Made by a program: the position numbers and the translations under genes. Shown in pieces: positions 54,618 through 63,372 of a DNA stretch of 64,000 bases. Position 1 is the first letter of the stretch; every line of letters begins with the position of its first letter. The DNA is from an uncultured Actinomycetes bacterium (lineage in GTDB: Bacteria; Actinomycetota; Thermoleophilia; Gaiellales; JAICJC01), in the NCBI GenBank assembly GCA_963708725.1, contig CAVPTL010000018.1, forward strand, positions 50,075 through 114,074, in the 5' to 3' direction. Under the pieces are notes generated by a model, which worked only from the letters and a program-made list of their open reading frames with translations, was not told where the DNA came from and made no database searches.

Positions 54618-55912
54618 TCCGACACGGCCGCCAGGCGCTCGGCGAAGTCAGGGAAGCTGACTCCGAGCGCCTCGGCACCCTCGATCGTGACGCCGCTCTG
54701 AGAGCAGGCGCCGGCCACGGCGCCGAGCATCGCGATGCGGTGATCGCCGCCGGCGTCGATCTCGCCGCCGCGCAGCCGAGTGGGCACTCCTCGCACCTCG
54801 AAGCCGTCGTCCAGCCCACGGACGTGCGCCCCGATGCCGTTGAGGGCATCGACGACGGTCGTGATCCGGTCCGACTCCTTGAACTTCAGCTCGGCCGCCC
54901 CGCGGATCGTCGACACCCCATGGGCAAAGCTTGCGAGCAGCACCAGCAGCGGCAGCTCGTCGATCAGTGACGGCACCTGCTCGGCGGTCACATCGGCGGC
55001 CACCAGCTCCGCGGGACGAACCTCGATGTCGGCCACCGGCTCGCCGCCGACGAACCGCCGTCGGAACAGCCCCACCCGACCGCCCATCCGCTCCATCACG
55101 GCAAGCAGCCCGGTGCGTGTGGGGTTGATGCCGATCCCACGAAGCGTCAGGTTCGACCCCTGGATGACCGAGGCCGCGACGATGAACGGCGCCGCTGAGG
55201 AGAAGTCGCCCGGGACCTCGACGGCGGGCAGGACGAGCTCGCGCACCGGCGAGATGGCGACGCGTCCGGGGCGGCGATCGACGGGTACCCCGGCGCGCTG
55301 CAGCATGCGTTCGGTGTGATCACGCGTCGGCACCGGCTCCTCGACCACGGTCATACCGTGGTCGCAGAAGAGGCCCGCCAGCAGCACCGCCGACTTGACC
55401 TGGGCCGAGGCCACGGGCAGCCGGTAGGTGATCGGCTCGACCGCCCCGGTTGCCGACATCGCCACCGGCGGGCAGCCGTCGGTGGTGTCGATGTGAACTC
55501 CCATCTGGCGCAGCGGGCCGGCCACCCGTTCCATCGGCCGGCTGCGGATGCTCGCATCGCCGGTGATCACGAACTCGCCGGTCTGGCCGGCCAGAATGCC
55601 GGGCAAGAGCCGCATGAGCGTGCCGGCATTGTGCACGTCGATGCCACCCTCGGGCGGCTTGAGGCCCCGCAGACCGACTCCCTGGATCACCAGCGTCGAG
55701 TCGCCGACGCGCTCGATATCAACCCCCATCGCCCTGAACGCGGCCACCGTGGCCAGGGTGTCGGCCGAGGCACCAAATCCGGTGACGGTGACCCGCTCCT
55801 CGGCCAGTGAGCCGAGCATCACCGCACGGTGGCTGACCGACTTGTCGCCCGGTACCTCGAGCTCCCCGGTGAGACCACCGGAAGGGCCGACTCGAAGCTG
55901 TTCGCTACTCAC
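54614..55912 (-). CDS. aroA: 3-phosphoshikimate 1-carboxyvinyltransferase (EPSP synthase)
   Basis: 432 aa. VPGDKSVSHRAVMLGSLA, NAGTLMRLL, ESDRITT, GDHRIAM. Confidence 0.9.
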   Translation of the reverse strand: MSSEQLRVGPSGGLTGELEVPGDKSVSHRAVMLGSLAEERVTVTGFGASADTLATVAAFRAMGVDIERVGDSTLVIQGVGLRGLKPPEGGIDVHNAGTLMRLLPGILAGQTGEFVITGDASIRSRPMERVAGPLRQMGVHIDTTDGCPPVAMSATGAVEPITYRLPVASAQVKSAVLLAGLFCDHGMTVVEEPVPTRDHTERMLQRAGVPVDRRPGRVAISPVRELVLPAVEVPGDFSSAAPFIVAASVIQGSNLTLRGIGINPTRTGLLAVMERMGGRVGLFRRRFVGGEPVADIEVRPAELVAADVTAEQVPSLIDELPLLVLLASFAHGVSTIRGAAELKFKESDRITTVVDALNGIGAHVRGLDDGFEVRGVPTRLRGGEIDAGGDHRIAMLGAVAGACSQSGVTIEGAEALGVSFPDFAERLAAVSE

Positions 55913-57000
55913 TGTTCGACCACCGAGGTGGTGGTTGCCTGGTAGCCGTGGGAGTCGAGCAGCTCCACCGCGCGGGCGGCGTGGTCGGCGCCGGCGATGA
56001 TCACGACCACGGTGCCGCCGACGTCGGTTGAGAGGTGGTGCAGCTCGAAGTCTTCGATGTTGATCCCCTGAGCCCCCAGCGCCTGAGTGATCCCCGAGAT
56101 CGCCCCGGGCCGGTCTGGCACCCGCACGCGCACCCGGTGAAGCTCTTCCGGGGTGGTGCGGTAGGCCTCGGCCAGCATCCGGCGGCGGTTCCCCGACGCC
56201 TCGGCGATCCAGCGCGCGACGTACCCGGAATCCTCGCGCTCCAGCGCGCGCACCAGCGTGTCGATGGCGCGGGCGTGCTCGCGCAAGCCATCCAGCAGTG
56301 CGGCCCGGTTGTCCAGGAAGATGTCGACCCAGATCCGGGGATTGGCCCCCGCCACCCGGGTCATGTCACGGAACGATCCACCAACCGCGGCAAGCGGGTC
56401 GTGACCGTCGATCCGCCCCGCGCCGGCCTGGTTGGCCAACAGGTTGGCGAGCGCGTGTGGGAGGTGGCTGGTGAGCGCGACCAGGCGGTCGTGGGAGTCG
56501 GCATCGATTGCCACCGGCCGGGCACCGAGCGAGGACACGTACCCGTGCACGGTGCGGAGGCTGTTGGGATCGGTCGCAGCGCCGGGGGTGAGAAACCAGG
56601 TGGCGCCATCGAACAGCTCGGCACGAGCATTGGTCACCCCGCGAGCCTCCGATCCGCACACCGGATGGCCACCGACGAAGGTCGCGGTGGTCCCCACCGC
56701 TTCCATCAACCGCCCCTTGGTCGAGCCGACGTCGCTGACCACCGCTCCAGCCGGCAGATGGTCGACCACCGCGGTGACCAGATCCGGCAGCTCGGCGACA
56801 GGCCCGCACACAAACGCCAGCTCGGCGTCGGCGACCGCGGCGGCCACCGAATCGGCAACGGCGGAGGCGGCCCCGAGCTCGAGTCCGGAAGCCCCGGCGG
56901 CGGGGTCGGTGTCGTACACGACGACCTGGTCTCCGCGAGCCCGCGCGGCCAGGCCGATCGAGCCTCCGATCAGGCCCAGTCCGACGATCGCGATGTTCAT
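55909..57000 (-). CDS. tyrA: Prephenate dehydrogenase with C-terminal ACT domain
   Basis: NIAIVGLGLIGGS, HPVCGSE, SHLPH, and a C-terminal ACT-like VRVPDRPGAISGITQALG. Confidence 0.85.
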   Translation of the reverse strand: MNIAIVGLGLIGGSIGLAARARGDQVVVYDTDPAAGASGLELGAASAVADSVAAAVADAELAFVCGPVAELPDLVTAVVDHLPAGAVVSDVGSTKGRLMEAVGTTATFVGGHPVCGSEARGVTNARAELFDGATWFLTPGAATDPNSLRTVHGYVSSLGARPVAIDADSHDRLVALTSHLPHALANLLANQAGAGRIDGHDPLAAVGGSFRDMTRVAGANPRIWVDIFLDNRAALLDGLREHARAIDTLVRALEREDSGYVARWIAEASGNRRRMLAEAYRTTPEELHRVRVRVPDRPGAISGITQALGAQGINIEDFELHHLSTDVGGTVVVIIAGADHAARAVELLDSHGYQATTTSVVEQ

Positions 57001-58373
57001 TGCCCGTCGCCCGCGCGGACTGCCCGCTGCATCAACTCTGCCAGCCGGAAGGCCAGGTCGAGCGACTGACGGGCGTTCAAGCGCGGGTCACACAGGGTCG
57101 AGTAGTTGAGGTCGAGCTGCTGTTCGAGAACCGCCTCGGAGCCGCCCAGGCATTCGGTGACGTGGTCACCGGTGAACTCCAGATGCACGCCGCCGGGCCA
57201 CACATCGAGCGACGTGCAGACCTCGAAGAACGCCTGGAGCTCACCCATGATGTCCTCAAACCGGCGGGTCTTGATGCCATTGGCGGTGACGATCCCGTTT
57301 GCATGCATCGGGTCGCACATCCACACCACCGGATGACCGCCGTCGCGCGCGGCCTCGAGCAGCCCGGGAAGCACGTCGGTGACCCGATCGGCGCCCATCC
57401 GCGCAATCAACGTGAGCCGCCCCGGAATCCGGTCGGGGTTCAACGCTTCGCACAGCTCGCTGACATCGCCGGGAAGTGTCTTTGAGCCGAGCTTCACCCC
57501 CAGCGGGTTGTGGACGCCGGAGAAGAACTCGATGTGTGCGCCGTCGAGCTGGCGGGTGCGCTCACCGATCCACAGCATGTGAGCCGAGCAGTCGTACCAG
57601 TCACCGGTCAGGGAGTCGCGCCGGGTCATGCTCTGCTCGTAGTCGAGCAGCAGGCCCTCGTGGCTCGTCCACACGTCCACCTCGTGCAGCTGGCGCTCGG
57701 ACTCCAGGTCGATGCCACAGGCGGCCATGAACCGCAGCGCCCGCTCGATCTCGGCCGCGATCACCTCGTAGCGGCGACCCTCGGGCGAGGATGCGACGAA
57801 CTCCTGGTTCCACAGGTGCACCTTGGTCAGATCCGCGAACCCGCCCTTGGTGAAGGCACGCAAAAGATTGAGTGTGGCGGCCGACTGGTGGTAGCCGCGC
57901 TGCATCCGCTCGGGGTCGAACCGGCGGGCTTCGGCAGTTGCAACCTCGCTGTGCACCATGTGGCCGCGAAACGTCGGCATCTCCACGCCGTCGACGATCT
58001 CGGTCGGTGCCGAGCGCGGCTTGGTGAACTGTCCCGCGATGCGGCCGACCTTCACCACCGGGAGCATCGATCCGTACGTGAGCACGGCCGCCATCTGGAG
58101 CATGATCTTGAGCTTCTCGCGGATCGAGACCGCCGAAAAATCGTCGAACGACTCGGCGCAATCCCCCGCCTGCAGCAGGAAGCCGCGGCCGGCGGCAACC
58201 TCCGCCAGCGAGTCTCGCAGCTGACGCGCTTCACCGGCGAACACCAGCGGCGGGAACGAGCTCAGCCGGTCGGACACCGCCTGGGCGGCAGACGCGTCTG
58301 GCCACTGCGGCTGATGCAGGGCTTGACGATCGCGCCAGGAGGACGGTGACCAGCTTGTGGGGGTTGCAGCCAT
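56997..58373 (-). CDS. aroG: Class II (plant/actinobacterial type) 3-deoxy-7-phosphoheptulonate (DAHP) synthase
   Basis: 458 aa. WRDRQALHQPQWPD, GDCAESF, IAGQFTKPRS and WIGERTR are typical class II DAHPS blocks. Confidence 0.9.
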   Translation of the reverse strand: MAATPTSWSPSSWRDRQALHQPQWPDASAAQAVSDRLSSFPPLVFAGEARQLRDSLAEVAAGRGFLLQAGDCAESFDDFSAVSIREKLKIMLQMAAVLTYGSMLPVVKVGRIAGQFTKPRSAPTEIVDGVEMPTFRGHMVHSEVATAEARRFDPERMQRGYHQSAATLNLLRAFTKGGFADLTKVHLWNQEFVASSPEGRRYEVIAAEIERALRFMAACGIDLESERQLHEVDVWTSHEGLLLDYEQSMTRRDSLTGDWYDCSAHMLWIGERTRQLDGAHIEFFSGVHNPLGVKLGSKTLPGDVSELCEALNPDRIPGRLTLIARMGADRVTDVLPGLLEAARDGGHPVVWMCDPMHANGIVTANGIKTRRFEDIMGELQAFFEVCTSLDVWPGGVHLEFTGDHVTECLGGSEAVLEQQLDLNYSTLCDPRLNARQSLDLAFRLAELMQRAVRAGDGQ

Positions 58374-58449
58374 GGCGCTTCAGTCTACCGAGACAGGCCG
58401 AAAAGGCCCTCCGCACGCGGCCCACCGGGCTCGGTACGATCCGCGGACG

Positions 58450-59439
58450 ATGACGCGTGTGTTTTCAGGAATTCAGCCCACCGGGCAAAAACATCTGGGC
58501 AATTACATCGGTGCGATTCGCCACTACGTCATCGATCAGGATCTCGGGGACGCCTTCTATTGCGTGGTCGACCTGCACTCGATCTCGCAGCCCTACGACC
58601 ACCACACGCTGCGCGAGCACACGCTCGACACTGCCGCCGCGCTGCTGGCCGCCGGGCTTGACCCCGACCGCTGCACGCTGTTCGTGCAAAGCCACGTGCA
58701 CGAGCACGCCGAGGGTGCGTGGCTCCTGGGCGCGCTCGCGACCTACGGGGAGCTGCGGCGGATGACCCAGTTCAAGGAAAAGGGCGAGGGGCAGGACTCG
58801 GTGTCGGCGGACCTGTTCACCTATCCGGTGCTCCAGGTGGCCGACATCCTGCTCTACCAGGCCGACCGGGTGCCCGTGGGCGACGACCAGCGCCAACATG
58901 TCGAGCTGACCCGAAACGTCGCCCAGCGCTTCAACGCCCGCTACGGCGAGACGTTCACCGTGCCGGAGGCGGCGATCCCCTCCACCGGCGGCCGGGTCAT
59001 GGACCTGCAGCAGCCCACCAGGAAGATGTCGACCACGGGTGGCACGCCGCAAGGCACGGTGCTCCTGTCCGATCCGCCCGAGGTGGTGGCCAAGAAGATC
59101 CGATCGGCGGTGACCGACTCGGGCCGAGAGGTACGCCGAGGCGAGGGCAAAGAGGGCATCGAGAACCTGATCGAGATCCTCTCGATCGCGTCCGACACGC
59201 CCCCCGACCAGATCGAGCGCGACTACGAGGGCGCCGGATACGGTCAGTTCAAGGGTGATGTGGCCGACGCCGTGGTGGCGATGCTGACCCCGATCCGCGA
59301 CCGGTATCTCGAGCTGCGATCAGACGAGGCTCAGCTGCGGAGCATCCTCACAGCGGGTGCCGAGCAGGCCCGGTCAGTGTCATCGGTGACGCTTGCCACC
59401 ATCAAAGAGCGCATGGGTTTCGACGTCGCAGACGCGTGA
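58450..59439 (+). CDS. trpS: Tryptophan--tRNA ligase
   Basis: ATG at 58450. FSGIQPTGQKHLGNYIG (HIGH-type), GDDQRQH, KMSTT (KMSKS). Confidence 0.95.
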   Translation: MTRVFSGIQPTGQKHLGNYIGAIRHYVIDQDLGDAFYCVVDLHSISQPYDHHTLREHTLDTAAALLAAGLDPDRCTLFVQSHVHEHAEGAWLLGALATYGELRRMTQFKEKGEGQDSVSADLFTYPVLQVADILLYQADRVPVGDDQRQHVELTRNVAQRFNARYGETFTVPEAAIPSTGGRVMDLQQPTRKMSTTGGTPQGTVLLSDPPEVVAKKIRSAVTDSGREVRRGEGKEGIENLIEILSIASDTPPDQIERDYEGAGYGQFKGDVADAVVAMLTPIRDRYLELRSDEAQLRSILTAGAEQARSVSSVTLATIKERMGFDVADA

Positions 59440-60457
59440 CCGTGCTCGCAGCCTTACACTTTACGACCTGACGGCTCGGCCACCCTCACCCGTATTCATC
59501 GTCGGCGCCGCGCGCAGTGGCACCTCACTCGTGCGGTCGATGCTGGGCGCCCATCCCGAGCTCGCAATCCCGCCCGAGTCACATTTCCTGGGCTACCTCG
59601 GACATCGCTACGGCCGGCGTGGATGGTCGGCCTCCGCCGTCTCGGCGGTTGCCGCCGATGTCGCTCGTGATGCCCACTTCCGAAACTGGGGACTCGATCC
59701 GGGCAGCGCCGCGGCCGGCGTTGTCGCGTCGCAGCCCGGGTCTCTGGCCGAGACTCTGGGCGGGTTCTACTCCGCCTATGCGGCGTCGGAAGGCAAGCGG
59801 CTGTGGGGGGACAAGACGCCGCACTACGTGTTTATCCTCGACCAGCTCCGTGAGCTGTGGCCCGACCTGCGAGTGATCCACGTCATCCGCGACGGTCGCG
59901 ACGTCGCCTGCTCCCACCTCGCGCTCGCCGCCGACGGGCAACGCTGGGTGGCCCCGACGGCTGCGGCGGCCGCGGCCTGGTGGCGGTCGGCCGTCGCCCG
60001 CGGGCGAGCCGCCGGCGGCGACCTGGGTGACCGATATACCGAGGTTCGTTATGAGCAGCTGGTGCTGCGGCCTCAGCAGACGATTTCGCGGCTGTGTGAG
60101 TTCATCGGAATCGCCCGCGATACCACCGTCGTCGACTACCACGGCCGCGTACGGCTCACTCAAAGCGACGAGTTCAGCCGCGTGCGCGAGCCACTCGACC
60201 CGCATGCCCGCGACTGGCGTCGCGAACTCACCGACGACGACGTTGCCGCGTTCGAGGCGGTCGCGGGCAAGCAACTCGCAGACTGCGGCTACCTGCTCGC
60301 GAATCTCCCGACCGGCAGGCTGAAAGCGGTGACGTCGAACGTCCAGGCCCGCGCCTACCTCGGAGCCCGGGGCATGCGCCGGGGAGCCCGCCGGGCCGGG
60401 CACCGCCACGCGCCCGCGGTCACGCGCCGGTGGGCGCGGCGCCGGTCAGGCCCCTGA
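59393..60457 (+). CDS. PAPS-dependent sulfotransferase family protein
   Basis: FIVGAARSGTSL (5'-PSB loop), IHVIRDGRDV (3'-PB), FRNWGLD. The only canonical in-frame start is TTG 59393, which overlaps trpS by 47 nt. The start is uncertain. Confidence 0.75.
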   Translation: MPPSKSAWVSTSQTRDRARSLTLYDLTARPPSPVFIVGAARSGTSLVRSMLGAHPELAIPPESHFLGYLGHRYGRRGWSASAVSAVAADVARDAHFRNWGLDPGSAAAGVVASQPGSLAETLGGFYSAYAASEGKRLWGDKTPHYVFILDQLRELWPDLRVIHVIRDGRDVACSHLALAADGQRWVAPTAAAAAAWWRSAVARGRAAGGDLGDRYTEVRYEQLVLRPQQTISRLCEFIGIARDTTVVDYHGRVRLTQSDEFSRVREPLDPHARDWRRELTDDDVAAFEAVAGKQLADCGYLLANLPTGRLKAVTSNVQARAYLGARGMRRGARRAGHRHAPAVTRRWARRRSGP

Positions 60458-60458
60458 C

Positions 60459-61571
60459 GTGGCCCTGTTTGTCACGCACTCGCCCGTCGCCGGTGGTGCC
60501 GAGCTGGTGCTGGCGACCTACCTGCGGCGGCGGCCGGGTGTCCACCAGGTGCTGGTGCTGGCCGACGGCGAGTGCTCCGACCTGTTCGCCGATGCCGGCA
60601 CCCGCGTGATCACCCTCCCGGTGTTTGGTCACGACCAGCCGTCGCGGATGATGTCCGCACGCGAGGCAACCAGGCTCGGTCTGAGCATCGCCCGCCGGGT
60701 GCCGGCGATCCTCGAACGGGTGCGCCGCAGCGGAGAACTGGCGGTGATCACCAACAGCATGAAGGCCCACGCCCTCGCCCCCGCGATCGCCGCCACCGGC
60801 CGACGCGTCGGCATCCGGCTGCACGACGTCGTCGGCGACGGGGCGACCGGCCTCGCCGCCAGCGTGTCGTTGCGAATCGCCGCCACCGCATCGGCGTCCA
60901 CCGCGGCCGTGTCGCGGGCGGCGGCGGTCTCGGCCCGCGACGCTCACCTGCCGCGGGTGCGGTGGTTTCACAACGGGGTCGAGCCCGGCGAGCCGCACCG
61001 CAGTGAACACGGCGGGCCGCTGCGGTTGCTCACCGTCGCCCAGCTCGCTCCCTGGAAGGGCATCGACGCCGCTCTCGAGGCAATCGCGGCCGCGCGGCGC
61101 GGCGGAAACTCCGTCACCCTCGACGTCGCCGGTGACGCGATCTTCGGCGGCCCCGAGTACCCCGCCGAGCTTCGAGCGCTCGCCGAAACTCTGGGGCTGG
61201 GCGATGCCGTCACCTGGCACGGGTATGTGCGCGATCCAACGCCATTGCTTCGCTCCGCCGACGTGCTGCTGCACCTGCCGACCGCGCCCGATCCCTTGCC
61301 GACCGCAGTTCTGGAGGCGCAGGCGTGGTCGCTGCCGGTGATCGGCCGTGATCTGGGCGGGGTGGCCGAGGTGGTTGAAGACGGCGTCACCGGCCTTGTG
61401 ACCCGCTCGACCGATCCGGCAGTCGTGGCCGACCTGATCGCTGATCTCGGCGATCGCACTACCCTCGTGCGGATGCGGCGGGCGGCGCGACACCGGGCCA
61501 CGACCCGGTTTTCGGCGGCCGCCTATGCCGAGCGCTTTGACGACTGGATCACCGCGGTTGGCTCGGCGTGA
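60459..61571 (+). CDS. Glycosyltransferase family 4 (GT-B, GT1-type C-terminal domain)
   Basis: LLTVAQLAPWKG..., DVLLHLPTAPDPLPTAVLEAQAWSLPVIGRDLGGVAEVVEDGVTG. The antisense 357-aa ORF (60420..61493) is rejected. Confidence 0.8.
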   Translation: MALFVTHSPVAGGAELVLATYLRRRPGVHQVLVLADGECSDLFADAGTRVITLPVFGHDQPSRMMSAREATRLGLSIARRVPAILERVRRSGELAVITNSMKAHALAPAIAATGRRVGIRLHDVVGDGATGLAASVSLRIAATASASTAAVSRAAAVSARDAHLPRVRWFHNGVEPGEPHRSEHGGPLRLLTVAQLAPWKGIDAALEAIAAARRGGNSVTLDVAGDAIFGGPEYPAELRALAETLGLGDAVTWHGYVRDPTPLLRSADVLLHLPTAPDPLPTAVLEAQAWSLPVIGRDLGGVAEVVEDGVTGLVTRSTDPAVVADLIADLGDRTTLVRMRRAARHRATTRFSAAAYAERFDDWITAVGSA

Positions 61572-62257
61572 CCGAGCTCTCGGTCAAGGCCCGCGATGCC
61601 TGGTGGACGGTGCTCGTGGTCGACCCGATCGCCGCGCCGCTCCTGCGTGTGATCGCCTCACTGCGAGCCGTCACCCCCAACCGGATAACGGTCTCATCGG
61701 TGGTGGTGGCGGCGGTTTCGGCGATCGAATGGGTGCGCTCGGACGCGATCGCCGCCGCGATCCTGTTTCAGCTGGCGTTTCTGCTCGACTGCATGGACGG
61801 CAAGCTGGCTCACATTCGCCGCTCGGACTCGGCCTATGGCGCGTGGCTCGACGCCGCCTCAGACGCCGTGCGGATGACGGTCTGCTACGCCGGGTTTGCC
61901 TGGTGGATCGCCGGGCGAAGTGACCTCACCCGATCGACGGTGCTGGCATTGGCCGCCTACCCGGTGTTGCACGCGGGAGTGATCCTGACCGGACGGGCAT
62001 GGCCCAGCCAGCGTCCCGCCGCTGCGCCGCTCGAGCTTCCGGCGTCGGCTCTGGCCATGCTGCGGGCCGCGCCCCGCCGGCTGGGCAGCCCCGGATCGAC
62101 GGTCGACGCCGAGGCTTTTGTGTTCACGCTCGGCCCGCTGCTCGCGATTCCGGTGATCGGCCTGTGGATCGCGACTGCCTTCAACCTCATCCACCTGGGA
62201 GTGGCGCTGGCCGCGCGCGGAGCGCGGGTGGCGGCGGCTGAGAGGCAGGCCGAATGA
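61568..62257 (+). CDS. CDP-alcohol phosphatidyltransferase family membrane protein
   Basis: DCMDGKLAHIRRSDSAYGAWLDAASD fits D-x2-DG-x2-A(R/H)-x8-G-x3-D-x3-D. Several TM segments. The start overlaps the upstream stop by 4 nt. Confidence 0.7.
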   Translation: MTELSVKARDAWWTVLVVDPIAAPLLRVIASLRAVTPNRITVSSVVVAAVSAIEWVRSDAIAAAILFQLAFLLDCMDGKLAHIRRSDSAYGAWLDAASDAVRMTVCYAGFAWWIAGRSDLTRSTVLALAAYPVLHAGVILTGRAWPSQRPAAAPLELPASALAMLRAAPRRLGSPGSTVDAEAFVFTLGPLLAIPVIGLWIATAFNLIHLGVALAARGARVAAAERQAE

Positions 62258-63372
62258 GCGACCGCACCCCGTTGATCGTCCACGACTATCTGCTGCAGCA
62301 CGGCGGTGCCGAACGCGTCGTGGACGTGCTGATGACTGCCTACCCGCGAGCCCCGATCGTGACATCGCTGGCCGCGCCCGAGTACCGGCGTCGCTACGGC
62401 GCACGGCTGCACACCAGCTCCCTTCAGCGACTGCCCGTGGATGGCAGAAGCTTCCGGGCACTGATGCCCCTGTACGCCCGGGCGTTTGCCGAGGTGCCGC
62501 TGCCCACGGCCGATATCGTGATCTGCAGCTCGAGTGGATGGGCACACGGGGTCACGCCGCGGCTGGGGGTGCCGTCGATCGTGTATTGCCACACGCCGGC
62601 GCGGTGGCTGTGGCGAGGAGCCGAGTACTTCCAGGCGAGCCGTCTGCGACACGCGCGCGGTGCGCTCGAACCGCTCCTGGGCCGGCTGCGTGCGCGCGAC
62701 CTCGAGTGCGCTCGGGCGGCCACCCACTATGTCGCCAACTCGGCCGCGATCGCCGCGCGGATCCGGCGCTGCTACGGGATCGAGGCCGCGATCGTCCATC
62801 CCCCGGTCGCGGTCGAGCGGTTTCGCGCCGACCGGCCCCGCGAAGAGTTCTACCTGGTGGTGTCGCGGCTGCTGGATTACAAGCGGATCGACCTCGCCGT
62901 GGCGGCCTGCACCCAACTCCGACGCCGTCTCGTGGTGGTCGGTACCGGTCCGGCGCTGCACCGGCTACGCGCCGCCGCGGGGCCGACGGTGAGCTTCGTG
63001 GGCGCGCGCACCGACGAGCAGGTGACGGGGTTGATGGAGCGGTGCCGAGCGCTGATCGTCGGAGCCGAGGAAGACTTTGGGATCGCGGCGGTCGAGGCCA
63101 TGGCAGCCGGCGCGCCGGTGCTCGCCTTCGGACGTGGCGGCGTGACCGAGACGGTCACCGATGCCGCCACTGGAGTCCTGTTCGCGGGCCAGGACGTCGG
63201 CGGTGTCGTGACCGGCATCCGCAGGCTCGAGCAGCTGGACTTCCCGCCGCACCGCCAGGCCGCCGCCGCCGCCCGATTCGGCTCATCCAGATTCATCGCG
63301 GAGATCGGCGCCGAGGTCGAGCGCGTGCTGACAGGCGCGAATACTGCGGTCATCACGGCGCTGCGAGCATGA
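62254..63372 (+). CDS. Glycosyltransferase family 4 (GT-B)
   Basis: VVSRLLDYKRIDLAV..., EEDFGIAAVEAMAAGAPVLAFGRGGVTETVTD (E-x7-E region). 4-nt overlaps on both sides. Confidence 0.8.
   Translation: MSDRTPLIVHDYLLQHGGAERVVDVLMTAYPRAPIVTSLAAPEYRRRYGARLHTSSLQRLPVDGRSFRALMPLYARAFAEVPLPTADIVICSSSGWAHGVTPRLGVPSIVYCHTPARWLWRGAEYFQASRLRHARGALEPLLGRLRARDLECARAATHYVANSAAIAARIRRCYGIEAAIVHPPVAVERFRADRPREEFYLVVSRLLDYKRIDLAVAACTQLRRRLVVVGTGPALHRLRAAAGPTVSFVGARTDEQVTGLMERCRALIVGAEEDFGIAAVEAMAAGAPVLAFGRGGVTETVTDAATGVLFAGQDVGGVVTGIRRLEQLDFPPHRQAAAAARFGSSRFIAEIGAEVERVLTGANTAVITALRA

Noticed and set aside
58374-58449. T-box or attenuator leader upstream of trpS
   Set aside because: Only 76 nt separate the divergent DAHP synthase and trpS starts. 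That is too short for a T-box (about 200+ nt), and I saw no specifier or terminator structure.
60420-61493. 357-aa minus-strand ORF antisense to the GT4 gene
   Set aside because: It has no recognisable motifs and an Arg/Gly/Pro-rich composition. The plus-strand frame carries clear GT4 C-terminal motifs and fits the 4-nt-overlap operon.
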